Of a stretch of DNA of 64,000 bases, positions 39,700 to 52,350 are shown piece after piece. The notes beneath the pieces are model-generated. The model did no database searches and was not told where the DNA came from. It worked only from the letters and a program-made list of their open reading frames with translations. This DNA is from Bugula neritina (taxonomy: Eukaryota > Animalia > Bryozoa), in assembly GCA_964035545.1 (NCBI GenBank), contig OZ037767.1, positions 9,000,581 through 9,064,580 on the forward strand. The letters run 5' to 3'. The translations under genes were made by a program, and so were the position numbers. Numbering within the stretch: the stretch's first letter is position 1; each line of letters starts with the position of its first letter.

Positions 39700-41330
39700 T
39701 CTCCTAAAAGAGTCATTGTATGGTATAGTTAAGATTTGATGTAGCAGTCGAACCTAATTTTTTTAATGAGTTTGCTTTTTATTTTATAGCTAAACTATAA
39801 GAGGACACAATTCTTAATTATAAATATGGTTTTAGGGTCATTAAAAAGGGGTGTATTTGGGTTTCAATTTTTGACTGGGTTTGTACTGTTATTTTGTTTT
39901 CAGTGTATGTAGTGTATGTTTCTGTTCTTGTTTTTTCTTTTATAATTATCCCTTTTGTGACACTTTATAGCTTCTTGATGTTTGTGTATTTTATATGTTC
40001 AAGATCTTTGTGCTATTGCTATATGCTATTGTGCTTTAGTGGTGCAAGCTGAGTCAGATTGTGTCTGGAGAAAGAAGGGTTGACTTTCTTTCTCATTGTA
40101 GAAGTTTGCCGAGCTTGTTTTTATACTTAGTGTGAGTTGCTTTAAGTTCTTCCTAATCTACAGCAGTTCTTAATAAGAAAGGATTTTTAAGGAAACTTGG
40201 TGTTGATAAAAAATTGTTTAATAGCATTATTTCCCCTTTTGGATCATCTGCGTCTCGTATGTAAAAAATAGCATCTTTTCTCCATTTTACTAGTTCTTTA
40301 CTTCTGGTGTCATCTGCTAGCTCTATGAACTGCTTGTCGGGTTTGAACTTTGTATCATAGGTTAAAAATCACTCTGGACTGTTGACAACGTGGAACTTTG
40401 CTTCACAGCTCACTAAAAATTTCTTTGTTATTGTTGATTTGGTACCAGAAGCACTTCTTGCCTTTTTTATTTAGACTGAAGTAGAAAGAGCTAGAGTTGG
40501 CAGTATTTTTATTGTTTAATTTGTGTATCAGCTCTATTTCACATCTTTGCTGGCTACACTGTTTCCACCCTTGTGACGATAAGTACATGCTAATTTATTT
40601 TTAACTCAGTATTTTCTAGATGTGGGACCACATTTTGCCCCAGGCTACATTAAACTTTATTTCTTTATTTGGTTGTCACTGTGATTTAATAGTGAAGACA
40701 GTTGATTTTTTTGTGGTGTCATTCTTTAATGATTATGTTACCAATTTTCTCATCAACATAGCCTTCACCACAGCCTTCTTTTTTACAAGTGAAATTGCAG
40801 TTGCTAGCTAGATCTTGCAAACCAGATGCCCATTCTAAGTATGACGATTTAGGTTTCATTTTACAGTTTTATCTAACTGCCTGTCCATTTTTATTTTGAT
40901 AAAATTTGTGCCAAGTTTATTTGCTAGATCATTGAATGACACAGTAGTTCTCTGTTTTCTTAGCCAATTCTATTTTGTCAGCAACTCATAGCAATAGCAT
41001 TTTGAACCAATTTAAGAAAGTAAGCAAGCTCTTTTTTCATTGTCACCTTGCAAACAGTAAAGTGTTGAATGAGCCGATGTTACTACTGAGTCCATAATTT
41101 ATCATTTTTTATAAAAGTTGAATCTATGCACAGTCACAGATTCATTTTGAGCGGTTTTGCCAGGCTTTACAGCCACAATAAATTGTTCTAGCATTTGAGG
41201 GAATTGCTCTATCTGCTGCATAGTTAATACAAGTTGTTTTATCACTTCCTCCATTTCAAAATATGGTTATATTCCACTTCTGGCACCAGTTGTTAAGTTC
41301 TTTAATTTTTTTTAAACAAGAGTAGGATTA
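39700..41330 (-). mobile_element. Heavily decayed non-LTR (L1/Tx1-like) ORF2 remnant
   Basis: Scattered minus-strand fragments (KWTG..IK, SGLQDL, VAWGKMW, KWRKDAIFYIRD) and an A-rich minus strand. Many stops. Confidence 0.35.
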
Positions 41331-41929
41331 CACGTATAAGCAAGATTTGCTGCAGAGTAGAATGTATGACTTCAATATCTTGAAACTTGCAAGTCACTGA
41401 CTAAAATTACATGTAGGTAAAAAGTAACAAAATAGCAACTGACAATTGCAAAAACTGTCTGTAATGAGGTTAAACAGACAGTACAATAAAATGTAATGCC
41501 CATTTGATGGATAGTCTGCATAAATTGTGATATTTCATCATGTGTCTATGTGGTTTACTGACAAGGATAGTTCAACACTACCCAAATAAGTAACAGTTTA
41601 TTTTTGCCAAATTTTAATATACTTTATTTCAAGAAGTTGAGACAAGTAAAGTTACGGCAAAACAACAGTTTTGAATAAAAAAATATTTTGTGTTAGTTTT
41701 CCAATGCTGAACTCATAGGTATGACAACTCCAAATTATGTTATTTCTAAGTAATTCAATTGTATAATCATTGTTAATAGTCATCATTAACAAGTTACTTG
41801 CATCACATCACGTTATGCTAGACTTGTCTTTGCCAGCTTTCCAAGTTCCTCTCATTTGATTCTCTTTAGTCACTTTTTAATGATGTCCTGTGAAAAGCCT
41901 GGAATGTTTTTTTTTCCTAGGCAACATTA

Positions 41930-42260
41930 TTGGCAGTCATTTTGACAGAACTGCCCGTGGTTCCTAACCACCCAGCCACTGGGCAATGTCTAAATAACTT
42001 ACCATAGATTGAGGACAGTTCTTTTTAGTACTATTTTCCTGCAGCACAGGAGGTTTGCCATCTCTACACCATGTAAATTTCCCATCACCTAGATCTTTCA
42101 TTATCAATCCCAACACACGACCATCATTAAGGGTTTTAGCTCTGGATTCACTAACCCATATTTAAGCAACAGCTGTTTCATATCTACTTCTGCTAAGCTC
42201 TGGCGGGCCAAAATATCGTCTATGTAATGGTCAGTCACTTGCTTTATCTCGTTAACTCAT
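41930..42260 (-). mobile_element. Ty3/Gypsy-like RT fragment
   Basis: Minus-strand translation DHYIDDILAR...LLLKYGL, then GRVLGL...FTWCR...TKKELSSIYGKLFRHCPVAGWL. Confidence 0.65.
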
Positions 42261-42722
42261 GCTATGACTGTTCTAATTGTTCCTATCATTATTTTTTGAG
42301 TCACACTTGACCCTAACCCTTTTCGTATCAATATTGAAATTACTTTTGTACTTCAGCCTGAAATCTCTGCAGGCTTTTTGGGCTTGTTTAGGCTGGCTTA
42401 TTGTCATCAACGAAGTTACACCATCAACTTTGCTATATTTCAGAATATTATATGCCTCCAACCACTAATATGCTACCCGCTGATTTAATTCTGCCTTATA
42501 GTCTTGTATATGCTCTCGTGACACTGCATAGTGTGTGCACTTGTTGCTCAGCTGTGGCTCTTCGACCTACTACTTTCACTCAATTCTGTTTGCCCACTGC
42601 CTGGAGGGTATAGCTGGTAATTGTTTTTGTGTTCTGTTGCCATGCATCAGTAAACCTAAGTTTTAATCATTGTTTGAGCCCACTCATAGCTGGAACATAT
42701 TGTGATAAACTTGTGGGTTGAA

Positions 42723-44772
42723 TGTAACTTAGTGCAGAACAAGAGAGGTTGAGGTAGTAGAGTCCAAAAATGTTTTATTGTAGCAGAAATAACTTTGACT
42801 TACCCAGGCGAGCTCCAGTAGTAGACTGAATCTACATTGGAACTCGCCTGCTTTTATACACAGAGAACAAAAGAACATAGAACAAAGGATCTTTTGTGTG
42901 GTCCGAAGTTCGGTAGCCCCGAAATTCGGCCGAGCCGAAACTCGAAAACTCCGAACATCGGACCACAATTAACATTATTTAGCTGGTTGGAGGGCGGCGG
43001 AGGGCTCTCCATCTTCTTCCTGGATCGCTCTGCATGGCGGGAACCCCTGGCCGAGGGTGGCACGCTTATGGGGGTCCGCGACGTGTGGCAGGATAAGGTC
43101 TTGGAACTCCGGAAACGTGGCCTGGTCCACTGCAAACACGTGACCTGTGTGGCAGCGCGAGATGCGCTGGTGTCGCAGCACGTAATCTCGCTGGTAGGAG
43201 AATTCGCCGCAAGGGCAGAATACATTGATGTAATATTGTGGGGCGTCAACACGCAACCGCCGGGTAGAGGAAAGTTTTCTCCGACATTGCCGGCAGATGC
43301 GGTTGCCCGCTGCCCCGCATGCTTCACTAATTTTCTGATCAGTGTCGTGAGAGACCCAGGACTGGCGGGTGACCAGCGCCTGGGGTAGAGCCAAGTTGGG
43401 GGTGTCACCGTCTTCAGCATGAGCAGAGGAGGGCACACCGCATAGGATTCCTTGTTCCTCCCCGGCGGCTAATTGTAGCTCAACCGGGTTGGCAACAGGG
43501 TCACTATTGATGGTGGATAGCACCTCAGTCCGGTCTGTGGAAACCCGCGGGCTGCAAGGAACCGTCACAGGGGCTGGTGGAGGGGGGGAGTCGACTCGAC
43601 TGACCTTCACCTCATCACACTCCATTGCAGTGTCTACAATAGACAGCAGAGGCCGAGTAAGGCCGGTCTTGCTATCGCCGAAATTCGGCATCGCCTTATA
43701 GGGTACTTTGCGGGATGTAGGGAGCCGAGGTGAGTCACGGGAGAGTGACTGACCCTATGTCCTGATCCAATAAAAACTCATTTAGAGAGTCTTCCCCAAA
43801 ACTCACATCGACTTCCTCCTCTAATAAATTAGATTCCAACGAATCTAAACTAGCCCAATTAATTATAGTTGAGTCAGACTCCGGTACGGGAGGCTCTGAC
43901 CCTAATGAAATACCTGTGTTTGTAGTGTTGTTGTCAGGGAGAGTAATACCCATATCCACTTTATTATCAATTTGATTATAGTGTTCAGTTTCAGAATCGC
44001 GTGTTACCCGTGTGTTGGTAGCAGTGGAAATGGCCGAACCTCGTGTTTCAAAATCTTTACCTGCTAATTCGTGGGCTACGCGATCGTGGGAATTCCCATC
44101 GAGTTTTGAATGGACAACTCGGACAATCGCGTGCCCTCCGAATTTCGGTTTGAAACTGTTCTTTTTTGTAGTAAATCTCTAGGATGTTGGAGGAATTTAC
44201 CAACTGAGGAGGAATAATGGCTCCGGTCAGATGGATTTCCACTTGGGGGGGGTAACCCTAGGTGTCCTATGTGGTAGTCTGCCAGATATCTGGATAGTTT
44301 CCTCGCTCTCTGGCTCCTTTCTGGCTGTGCAGGCGCTGGTGGTGCCAGTTGCTCTTCAGTTACTACAGTCGGGGGGTCCCCGCCTTCACCCGTTACAGTT
44401 GGGGGTGTCCTCTCCCGAGAGGGGTGGTGGCTCTGGGGCCTGCTGCTGCTGTTGCTGCTGCTCCTGCCTTTGTTGCTGTTCCAACTGTTCCAGCAGGGCA
44501 GCCTGCTCTTGCTCTGCCTCCCTTCGGATGACAATTTCCACCTCCCGGGGCTGGGTGACCCTCCCCCGATGGTTGGGCTGGCGGTTGGGCTCCAAGAGGG
44601 GTGGAGCCTGACCCACCGCGTCTGGGCTGGCATGGTATGGTTTCAGGCGCTGCTCGCTCTGAACTGAAAACTGTCCAGAGTGCTCAAGACGGTATGTGTG
44701 GTTGGGCAGCACCTCCACCACGCAGTAGGGACCCACGAACTTGGGCTGAAGTTTAGCCGACTGTCTGTGTGT
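42723..44772 (-). mobile_element. 3' part of a Ty3/Gypsy LTR retrotransposon (integrase C-terminus, long extension, LTR end)
   Basis: GPY/F motif KLQPKFVGPYCVVEVLPNHTYRL and RSQRARKLSRYLADY; GC-rich. The LTR-like end carries TATAAAAG (about 42851-42858), AATAAA (about 42774-42779) and terminal TTACA at 42723. Confidence 0.8.
42975..43691 (-). CDS. Gypsy-associated ORF with Cys/His zinc-finger-like segment
   Basis: 238-aa ORF containing ICRQCRRKLSSTRRLRV...FCPCGEFSYQRDYVLRHQRISRCH. Probably the tail of a frameshifted pol extension. Confidence 0.55.
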   Translation of the reverse strand: MPNFGDSKTGLTRPLLSIVDTAMECDEVKVSRVDSPPPPAPVTVPCSPRVSTDRTEVLSTINSDPVANPVELQLAAGEEQGILCGVPSSAHAEDGDTPNLALPQALVTRQSWVSHDTDQKISEACGAAGNRICRQCRRKLSSTRRLRVDAPQYYINVFCPCGEFSYQRDYVLRHQRISRCHTGHVFAVDQATFPEFQDLILPHVADPHKRATLGQGFPPCRAIQEEDGEPSAALQPAK

Positions 44773-45561
44773 CATTACAATTGTTTGCTGAATACTCTTT
44801 ACCTCTAGAAACTTTTGCAGAAAGTCAACTTTCGAAGTTTGTCAGCCCTTCAACGTAAACAAGTTTCTCTCGATCTCTAGAACCATCTTTTTATCTAGAA
44901 AGAATTTTCGTCACATCTATCAAATGGGTCACTGATTATATATTCATTCTTGAAAACCTAGAAGTTAAATTTTTTTTTCTTCTACAATCCAGTCGTCCAA
45001 ACTCCTAAAATCACTTTCAATTTCGGCAGGACCTCTGTACCAAGTATGGTATTTGAAATATCTACATATGAATACGATAACTATTTTTTTTCTTTATTTG
45101 GATGAGATCTGACTGCAAGATGTACTGGCTTGTTATCTTCCAGAAATAACCCCCTCTCGTAGTGAGGAGTAACTGCTAGTAATGGGTACACTTGACTTTT
45201 CAAAATCAAAGTATACCTTTTTAGTATGCATTGTTTTTTTTCAAAGTAATATTTATGTTTGTGTTTAATAAAATAAAACACTTTTCACCTATCCAAATTA
45301 TGCCGTCGATTCTCAAAGATTTAAAAAAAGTGCTAAATAGGCTAGAAAGCTCTCTAAGCTCTTCAGTTTTCTCTTTTTAGTGATATGTTTTATAAAATTT
45401 ATCTTTGTATCAGGATTGGTAAAGCTGTATGGGATTTTTATAATTATTTTTTTAAAATATAGTAATCGCAACCTAAAAAATTGACATAAATATATTAGTG
45501 TTACTGTTACAGGTAGAAAAGTATCCAGAGAAAAGAATTAACAATATATAACATAATAATA

Positions 45562-47874
45562 GTGTATTGGTTTTGTGTCAGTGTTTGGGTTAATGATATA
45601 TTTTATCTATTGGCCAACTTGGCAACAGGTTTTCAAGTTTATTTACTCTCAAATCGTACCCTGGAAAAATGGGAAAAAATAGAAATTGCATAAGTAAGTA
45701 GTAACAATATAAATCAAAAGTCAGAAAAACACCATGAACATCACAGAACCAAACAAAATGACATGAGTTATTATAATTCTAGTAAAACTTACCATATTGA
45801 TGCATAAACTTCTTTACCACCACAATGCCAAAACCGATGGTCTATTCTCACCAAGAGTGTAAATATTGGAGTCCAACTGTGTGCTCGTATAATGTTTAAA
45901 AATGCTCCTCTCTGGTTGTTTGATTATGGCACACTGACTTGTGCAGTGCAGTGAATTATAGCACTAGCCCTGCCAGCTAATAATAGCTTTTGGTGAAAGC
46001 TTTAAAGCAAGAAAGCTTTAATGATTGGTGGCATACCAATACAAATAGTATTGCAACTTACACATTTGAAAGAAAATGGATCCTCCCACAAAAAAGCCGA
46101 ATAAAAGGCATATGTAAATATATATGTAAACTGTGTGTGAGATATGTGTTACAATATGGCGAGAACTGTTGTAACTGTTGCTTGGTAAATAATACACTTG
46201 GTGAGACACTTTTCATTTAGTGGGCACAATTTATTGTTTCTGCAGTTGTATTCTAGAAGTGATTGGATTGCTGGGCTAAAAATTCTCTGATTTGGGCTGT
46301 TATTTAAATAATATTTAAGCCTCTACAGCGACTAGCTAGGCTTTATGTTGTGTTTATTAAACAAAATTTGTGCAGTTTATGATCTTTAGGTATTTCCTCC
46401 TCAAAGGTTTTAAAATATTTTTGCCCAAGTTGTTTGCTACGACTTTGAAAAATGGAGGGTTGCACCATATGGTGTTTTTTCACCTTGTGGATTCAGGTTT
46501 GTTGATGGCATGTGTTGGCTCGAATTTTAAAATCTGTGTACATTCACTTTTAATTGCTTTTCATTTGTTGCAAGATTGGAAAGTCTGCTGTTTATGGCTT
46601 GTGGGATGTTTTTTTATGATGAGGCAGATGTTCGAACTTGGAATTCACATTCACAGTTTTTCGATTATATTGTTGGAAAATTTTGCACATTGATTTTTCC
46701 ATTTCGTCGATATTTTTGGAGGTGCTATTGGCTACCCCTTGGTCATTATCATGGTATAGACCCAAGGTGTTTTCAAACTTCTGATTGATTTTGTGGAGTA
46801 GGAATGTTCCAGTTAGAGTGCAACATTCTGCACCATCATAGCTGCCCATTGTGATGTCAAATAGAGAGTTGTTCTTATTACTCCAGGGTTGCCCAGATTA
46901 GTATAATACCATTTTTTGGCATGGAAGATTACAGTTCAATCAGTTTCTATTACAGTTATATACTCTACAGCAAATTCGAGTGCGGTGTGTTGCAATTTTC
47001 TTAAAATGGAGGCATAAAATCCGATGTTAAATACAATAATCACTGTTGATGATATGCTGAATAAGCTTTGTCTTTGTTCGTAAAGGTTTATACTTTATAC
47101 TATGTTATTCGTGTTATTAATAATAGTCAGTTTGTGCTTTTAGATTTATCCAGAGTGGACCTTTAATATCTTGAGCAATAAACTATCTTAAACTCTTTGA
47201 CCGGTCTCTGAATCTATAAAGCAAACATAGCATAAACAATCACTGCAGCTTTGTTGGTCTAAATATTTAAAGCCAGTATTGGAATTATTGCTTTGTTTAT
47301 GCGATCTAGTATTTTCTTACTGACAATACCCATTTTATCGGGTTTGTGACAGTGTCTGGGTGACTTGGATTGTGATGTACTTTTTCTATTAGCTAACTTG
47401 GCAACAGGTTCTTAAGTTTATTGACTATCAAATCATACCCTCGAAAAATGGGAAAAATAGAAATTATATAAACTGCTGTAAGTAACAATATAAATCAAAA
47501 AGTCAGAGAAACACCATGAAAACAGCACAGATTCAAACAAAATGACATTAGCTATTGTAACCCAAGTGAAACTTACAATGTTGATGCACAGATAAGATTC
47601 TTTGTCATCCCAATGTCAAAACCGATGGTCTATTCAGAGTGTAAACGTTGGAGTATAAAACTGTGTGCTCATATAATGTTATAGCAAATGTAGTGAGCCG
47701 TCTGTTGAAAGAGGGAAGTCAATATATGCTCCTCTACGGCTGTTTGATTAGAACACACTGCCTGTGCTGTGCTAAGAACAGTAAACTATAGTTACAGCAC
47801 TGCCAGCTAAGAATAGCTTTTGATGAATGTATTAGAGAAAGAAAGCTTCAACTATTGGTGGCATACCAATACAC
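45562..47874 (-). mobile_element. Penelope-like element (RT then C-terminal GIY-YIG region), decayed, flanked by direct pseudo-LTRs
   Basis: MGIVSKKILDRIN; RT motifs MGSYDGAECC...LGLYHDNDQG; NCRNNKLCPLNEKCLTKCIIYQATV. Diverged direct repeats at about 45572-46043 and 47342-47873. Confidence 0.85.
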
Positions 47875-48459
47875 CCATTTCGGTTTTGCTTGTGCCGAAC
47901 GAAAATTTAAACTTACCAAAAGATTTGTCAACTTAAATAAATTAAGTACTTTCAAATTAAATGAATTTTGAACTTCTGAATTAGTCAGACTGGTCAGTTA
48001 GAATAAAGTGGTTACTTGTTGGATTTTAGTTTTAGAATTTCTATATAATTTGCGGTTGATGATTTAAGATAGGAGTCATCCTCGCTCGACAAATGTTATA
48101 GTTAGAAATTTGTGTTGTGATGTGTATGGCTCTATATGTTTATCGTGTAATGGTTAGCACTCGGTTTATAAACTTTGTGAAACAAATTTGGGATTTGCTC
48201 CCCCAAAGAATGAAATTATAATAATATATTTTTTGTACATGTATATCTATTTGATGATGATATTGAAGCAAGTATTATTATAATAATAAAATGTTACAAT
48301 AATAACCAAAACAAAGCAAAGATTATCCTAGCGATCCTTTGAACTCTTGCTGTGATTATACTATACTGGCAAGCCAAAATTAGTAAGTCTGACGAACAAG
48401 ATAGACAAATTATCCAGATTAAATTCACAAGAGAATTGCAGTATAAACATCAATATTTA

Positions 48460-48745
48460 AAATATTTCCTTCAACATAAATTTGTGCATCTTTGAAATAA
48501 ATCGATCAATTTCTCAATTCAAATAATTTTCTCCAATATAAATTTGTGTAGCTTTGAAATAAATTTTTCAATTCAAATATTTTCTTCAATATAAATTTGT
48601 GCAGCTTTTAAAATCTATTTCTCAATTTAATTATTTTCTTCAATACAAATTTGTGCTGCCTCAAAATTGATAAATAAATTCAAGTATTTTTTTCTGAATA
48701 AATTTGTGCTGCTTATTAAAAGTCAATGAATTTCTTAGTTCAAAT
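48460..48745. repeat. Degenerate ~50-60 bp tandem repeat, about 5 copies
   Basis: Recurrent ATAAATTTGTGCAGCTTT...TTCTCAATTCAAATA..TTTTCTTCAA. Confidence 0.75.
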
Positions 48746-49034
48746 AGAATAACAATAAAAAAGGAGGTTGATGTATCCTTAACATACAAATTGTAAAGTT
48801 ACTCACTGCAACTGTTCTATACTACTGATATGTGTAGCAACTAGTAAATTTTCTTGGTACTTCTAATTATATTACTATTCTTACTGTTGCTGTTTTTGCT
48901 ATATCATCTTCTGTTACTTTTTCTTCTTATCTTCTGTACTCTATCTTCTTGTGTTCTATTTTTGTCTTCATATGTCTTCATTAATTTTTCAGAGATTCGG
49001 CGTCCCCTTTTATACTAAATCTCGGTTGCTCATA

Positions 49035-49720
49035 GCTCTTTTTATTCTTTATGTTATTAAATCAGTCAAGTGCTGCATTGGTGTTTTTCCATTTGCTTAA
49101 ACTTAATTTTTCAGTGATTTTTGAGTTGATTCTGTTAAGAATATGATTACTTATCTTTCCTAGTTTTGGTTTATTAGTCTGCAGGTTGGAGTTATTTCAA
49201 AATTGGTTTTATAATCCTTTAGTGTGGTGTATGCTAGTTCTCATTAATACAGTTGATTCTGTCAGCTAAGTTCAAACCAGTTTCTATGTTTTTGTCCTCT
49301 CTTGAGATGGTTGAGGGTGTGTTTTTGCTATGTTATTAGAGAGCATTGCATTATAGCTCATAAAAGTCAGATGTTTTATCTGCTGGCGCTATGACTCTGG
49401 CTGGTTTTATCTTGCTGTCCATGTCATTGTGTAACTTTTGTTGAAAGTTTCATGTGGTCCTCCTGGATTCCAGCTTTTGGATTAAAATTGACATATGATT
49501 TTTAAATCTTAGTAATTGTATAATTTGTGGTGGTGTATTGCTGGAAATCCAACTATCTCTCTCTCTCTGATCAGGGTTGAGGAAGAAGTAAGCTCGCCAT
49601 CTCATTCTTCTGAGTAGATGCTCAATTTGTTGAATTAGTTTAAGTGTATAGCTTTTATGTGATGGTATGGGTGTGCTCTTGTTGAGTAATCAAATATGTG
49701 TTCCATGTTATAGTAGTATA
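49035..49720 (-). mobile_element. N-terminal fragment of a second Penelope-like element
   Basis: Minus-strand pieces PIPSHKSYTLKLIQQIEHLLRRMRWRAYFFL, NFQQKL...APADKTSDFYEL, TLKDYKTNF...CRLIN and KISNHILNRIN...WKNT; frameshifted. Confidence 0.8.
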
Positions 49721-51029
49721 CTACAGAGAGAGCCCAATAATAAGAATATAAATAAGTGTTTTGCATCCAACTGCGCTTTGCCTTTTTTGGTAATATTTTT
49801 TTAAAGAAATTTTGGCCATAACATGAAGCTATATAAAGCATTCAGGGTCCCTTTAACATAATGTAGCGCAAATTTTTTACAGTATAATTACTTGAACATG
49901 CTAACACAGCCAAGCTGCTGTCCCATGAACTAGCAGACATGTGCATGTAGATACCTGTAAGTAGCAGGCATGTGCTCTAAGACAGTGCTAACTATTGTAT
50001 ACAGTGGAACTAATATGTGTGCTTATATCAAAGTATCTATCTTTTAAAAGAACAATTCTAAAGCATAATTAGAATTTTAAGTAGCAGACAAACTTTAAAT
50101 GTTTAATTTCTTTGCTTGTTATAGAAAGGTTTAACCTATTCACTTTGGTAAGACACATTTCTTAATTGTAAAAGGGGTATCGGAACATAAGAAAAAGAGT
50201 CTATTTGGTCTATAGTTTTATAATATTTTGCCTTCTCAAGTAGTAAACTGTAACTACTTCAAGTATGTGTGTGTTTATGTAAAATATAATTCATGAATAT
50301 TTTAGAAAATGCCAAGCTTTTAAAGTGCATAAAGCAGTGGTGAACCAAAGTTATGACAACTACGCATGTTAACCGTGCTTGTTTTGAAGTAAGTTTTTAC
50401 ATTTGTTACAAATTTGTGAGTCTGATTTCTCTTGTTTCAGTCAGGTTTCAAAGCATTCCTTTTCATATAAGAGTTTTCTCAAGATTGTACTCGCCATTGT
50501 CCCTTTACTTCTGCCATTGTTTAGTGGCAGAAAATAAACGGGTAAATCCAGTTGAATAAATGCCACTGTATTACAGTATTCCACCAATTCAATGCGATTA
50601 TGACCACAGCTTCAAGCCATCAACAGCAAAGCAAGTTTAATCAATGGTTCTGTGAATAGTGTTAACATTTTCTGGCTTTTAGGTAAACCTAGAGGTTAAT
50701 TAAACACTTGTCTAAAAGCGAGACAACCCTCTTGTTAGCAACTTGGAAAGAACCTAAGCTTGGGAATTTATTACTTACTTTTCATTAGGACTTGTGCTAC
50801 CATGATGGTGCATCTTGTACCCTTGTTGTCAAGAGCAGCCTTATAAAAATGATAGGCTGTTACATCAGCTCTCAAATTATGCGATGAAGATGTCTAGGAA
50901 ATGAATGTTTAAGTTTTGCATACATTGCTTGTTCAATCAAATTAATTAGAATTTTTTCATTTTAAAGAGAAACTTTGAACATATTTGTAGCTAACTTTAA
51001 CTTCACCACCTCAGAAACCATGCTCTCAA

Positions 51030-52350
51030 AATCATATAAATATGTATTCAACAACTTTGCAGCTGTAAATAACATAGACCTTTGCCCTTTGTATTAAATT
51101 AGTTAAGTTAATTTTAATTGCATTGCTGACTTCCAATCTCGTCTCATAATTATGATCTACAAATAGTTTTTTAATTTCACTATATGATAGTATTGTGATG
51201 AAATGTATAAGGTATCGTAATTCAAGTAACATTTTAATAGGCCTAATTTTTAAGATGTCAAAATTGCTTACCACAGTTTCACTTGGCTTTATTGTTATAA
51301 CTATTCTCAATGCTCTTTTTTGCTAAATCAAAAATTTATCAAGCTCTTAAGTACTAGCATGGCCCCGAAACTCTAAACCATAAATTAAATATGGATAAAA
51401 AAATGTATAATAAATTTCAATCATTGTTTTGTGTTAAAATACTGTCTTACATGTCTCATTAAAATTACATAAATTAATTTATTGCAGATCTTTGCTATAT
51501 ATTTACTAAACGAAATATGTTGATCTAAAATGATTCCATAAAAATTGACTGCAATTTGCATTTAAGATAGGCATGTTGCTCATAACTATAGGATTAAAAG
51601 ATTTTAACAGATGTTTCTGGGGATTCATGAAATGCATAGAAAAGGTTTTTTTGTGAATTTAATATAAGTTTGTTTGCTACACACGATTGACTAATTTTAT
51701 TAATTCCATGCTGTAATTCCATAATATATGTGGAGAAAACACTGGTATCATTGGCATACAATATAGTTTCTAAAGTTGGAATATTTTCTGCTAAATCATT
51801 AATAAAAATTAAAAACGGCAGCGGTCCAAGAATGGAGTCATGAGGCACTCCAATATTTACCTGTTGTAGTTGATGATTGAATATTATTGTTATTGACAAA
51901 CTGTTTTCTATTTGAAAGATAACTCTTTACAAAGGTGGTGGCTGAATTAGAAAAACTTTTAAATTCTAAAATTTTTCTCGATCAAGATTGAGTGATCAGC
52001 TGTATCAAAAGTCTTCGAGAAATCCAGAAGCATACCATGTGCTATCATTCTGCAATCTAGATTATGGTAAAAATTTTCAAGCAATATATTTATTTCACCA
52101 GTGGTGTTTCGGTTTCCATGAAAACCAATACTTATTTTCTACCAAGAAATCACAATCCTCCATGGTAGGTACGGATTTGCTTGGTCGTGATTTTCTCTAT
52201 TACTTTCGACAACACTGGCAAGATTGAAATAGAACCATAGGTGTTAACATCAAATTTACTTCCCTTTTTACAGTGCAATGCTGTTACTCTTGCAATTTTG
52301 AGACAGCTGGGGCAAAATTGACTTTGATATTGCTTTATTTATTAAATAAG
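51030..52350 (-). mobile_element. Degenerate CR1/L2-like RT fragment
   Basis: GVPHDSILGPLPFLIFINDL...LYANDT...NKLILN, with stops and frameshifts. Boundaries are approximate. Confidence 0.7.

Noticed and set aside
44392-44397. TGTAAC as the 5' end of a 1.7-kb LTR matching GTTACA at 42723
   Set aside because: It lies inside integrase C-terminal coding sequence, upstream of RSQRARKLSRYLADY, and has no adjacent PPT.
46150-46850. Selenocysteine-encoding Naiad-type Penelope element
   Set aside because: The endonuclease region is C-terminal rather than N-terminal, and the conserved Cys positions I could read are not TGA.
48760-49030. Possible LTR fragment (minus-strand TATAAAAGGGG)
   Set aside because: No TG...CA termini or TSD could be identified.
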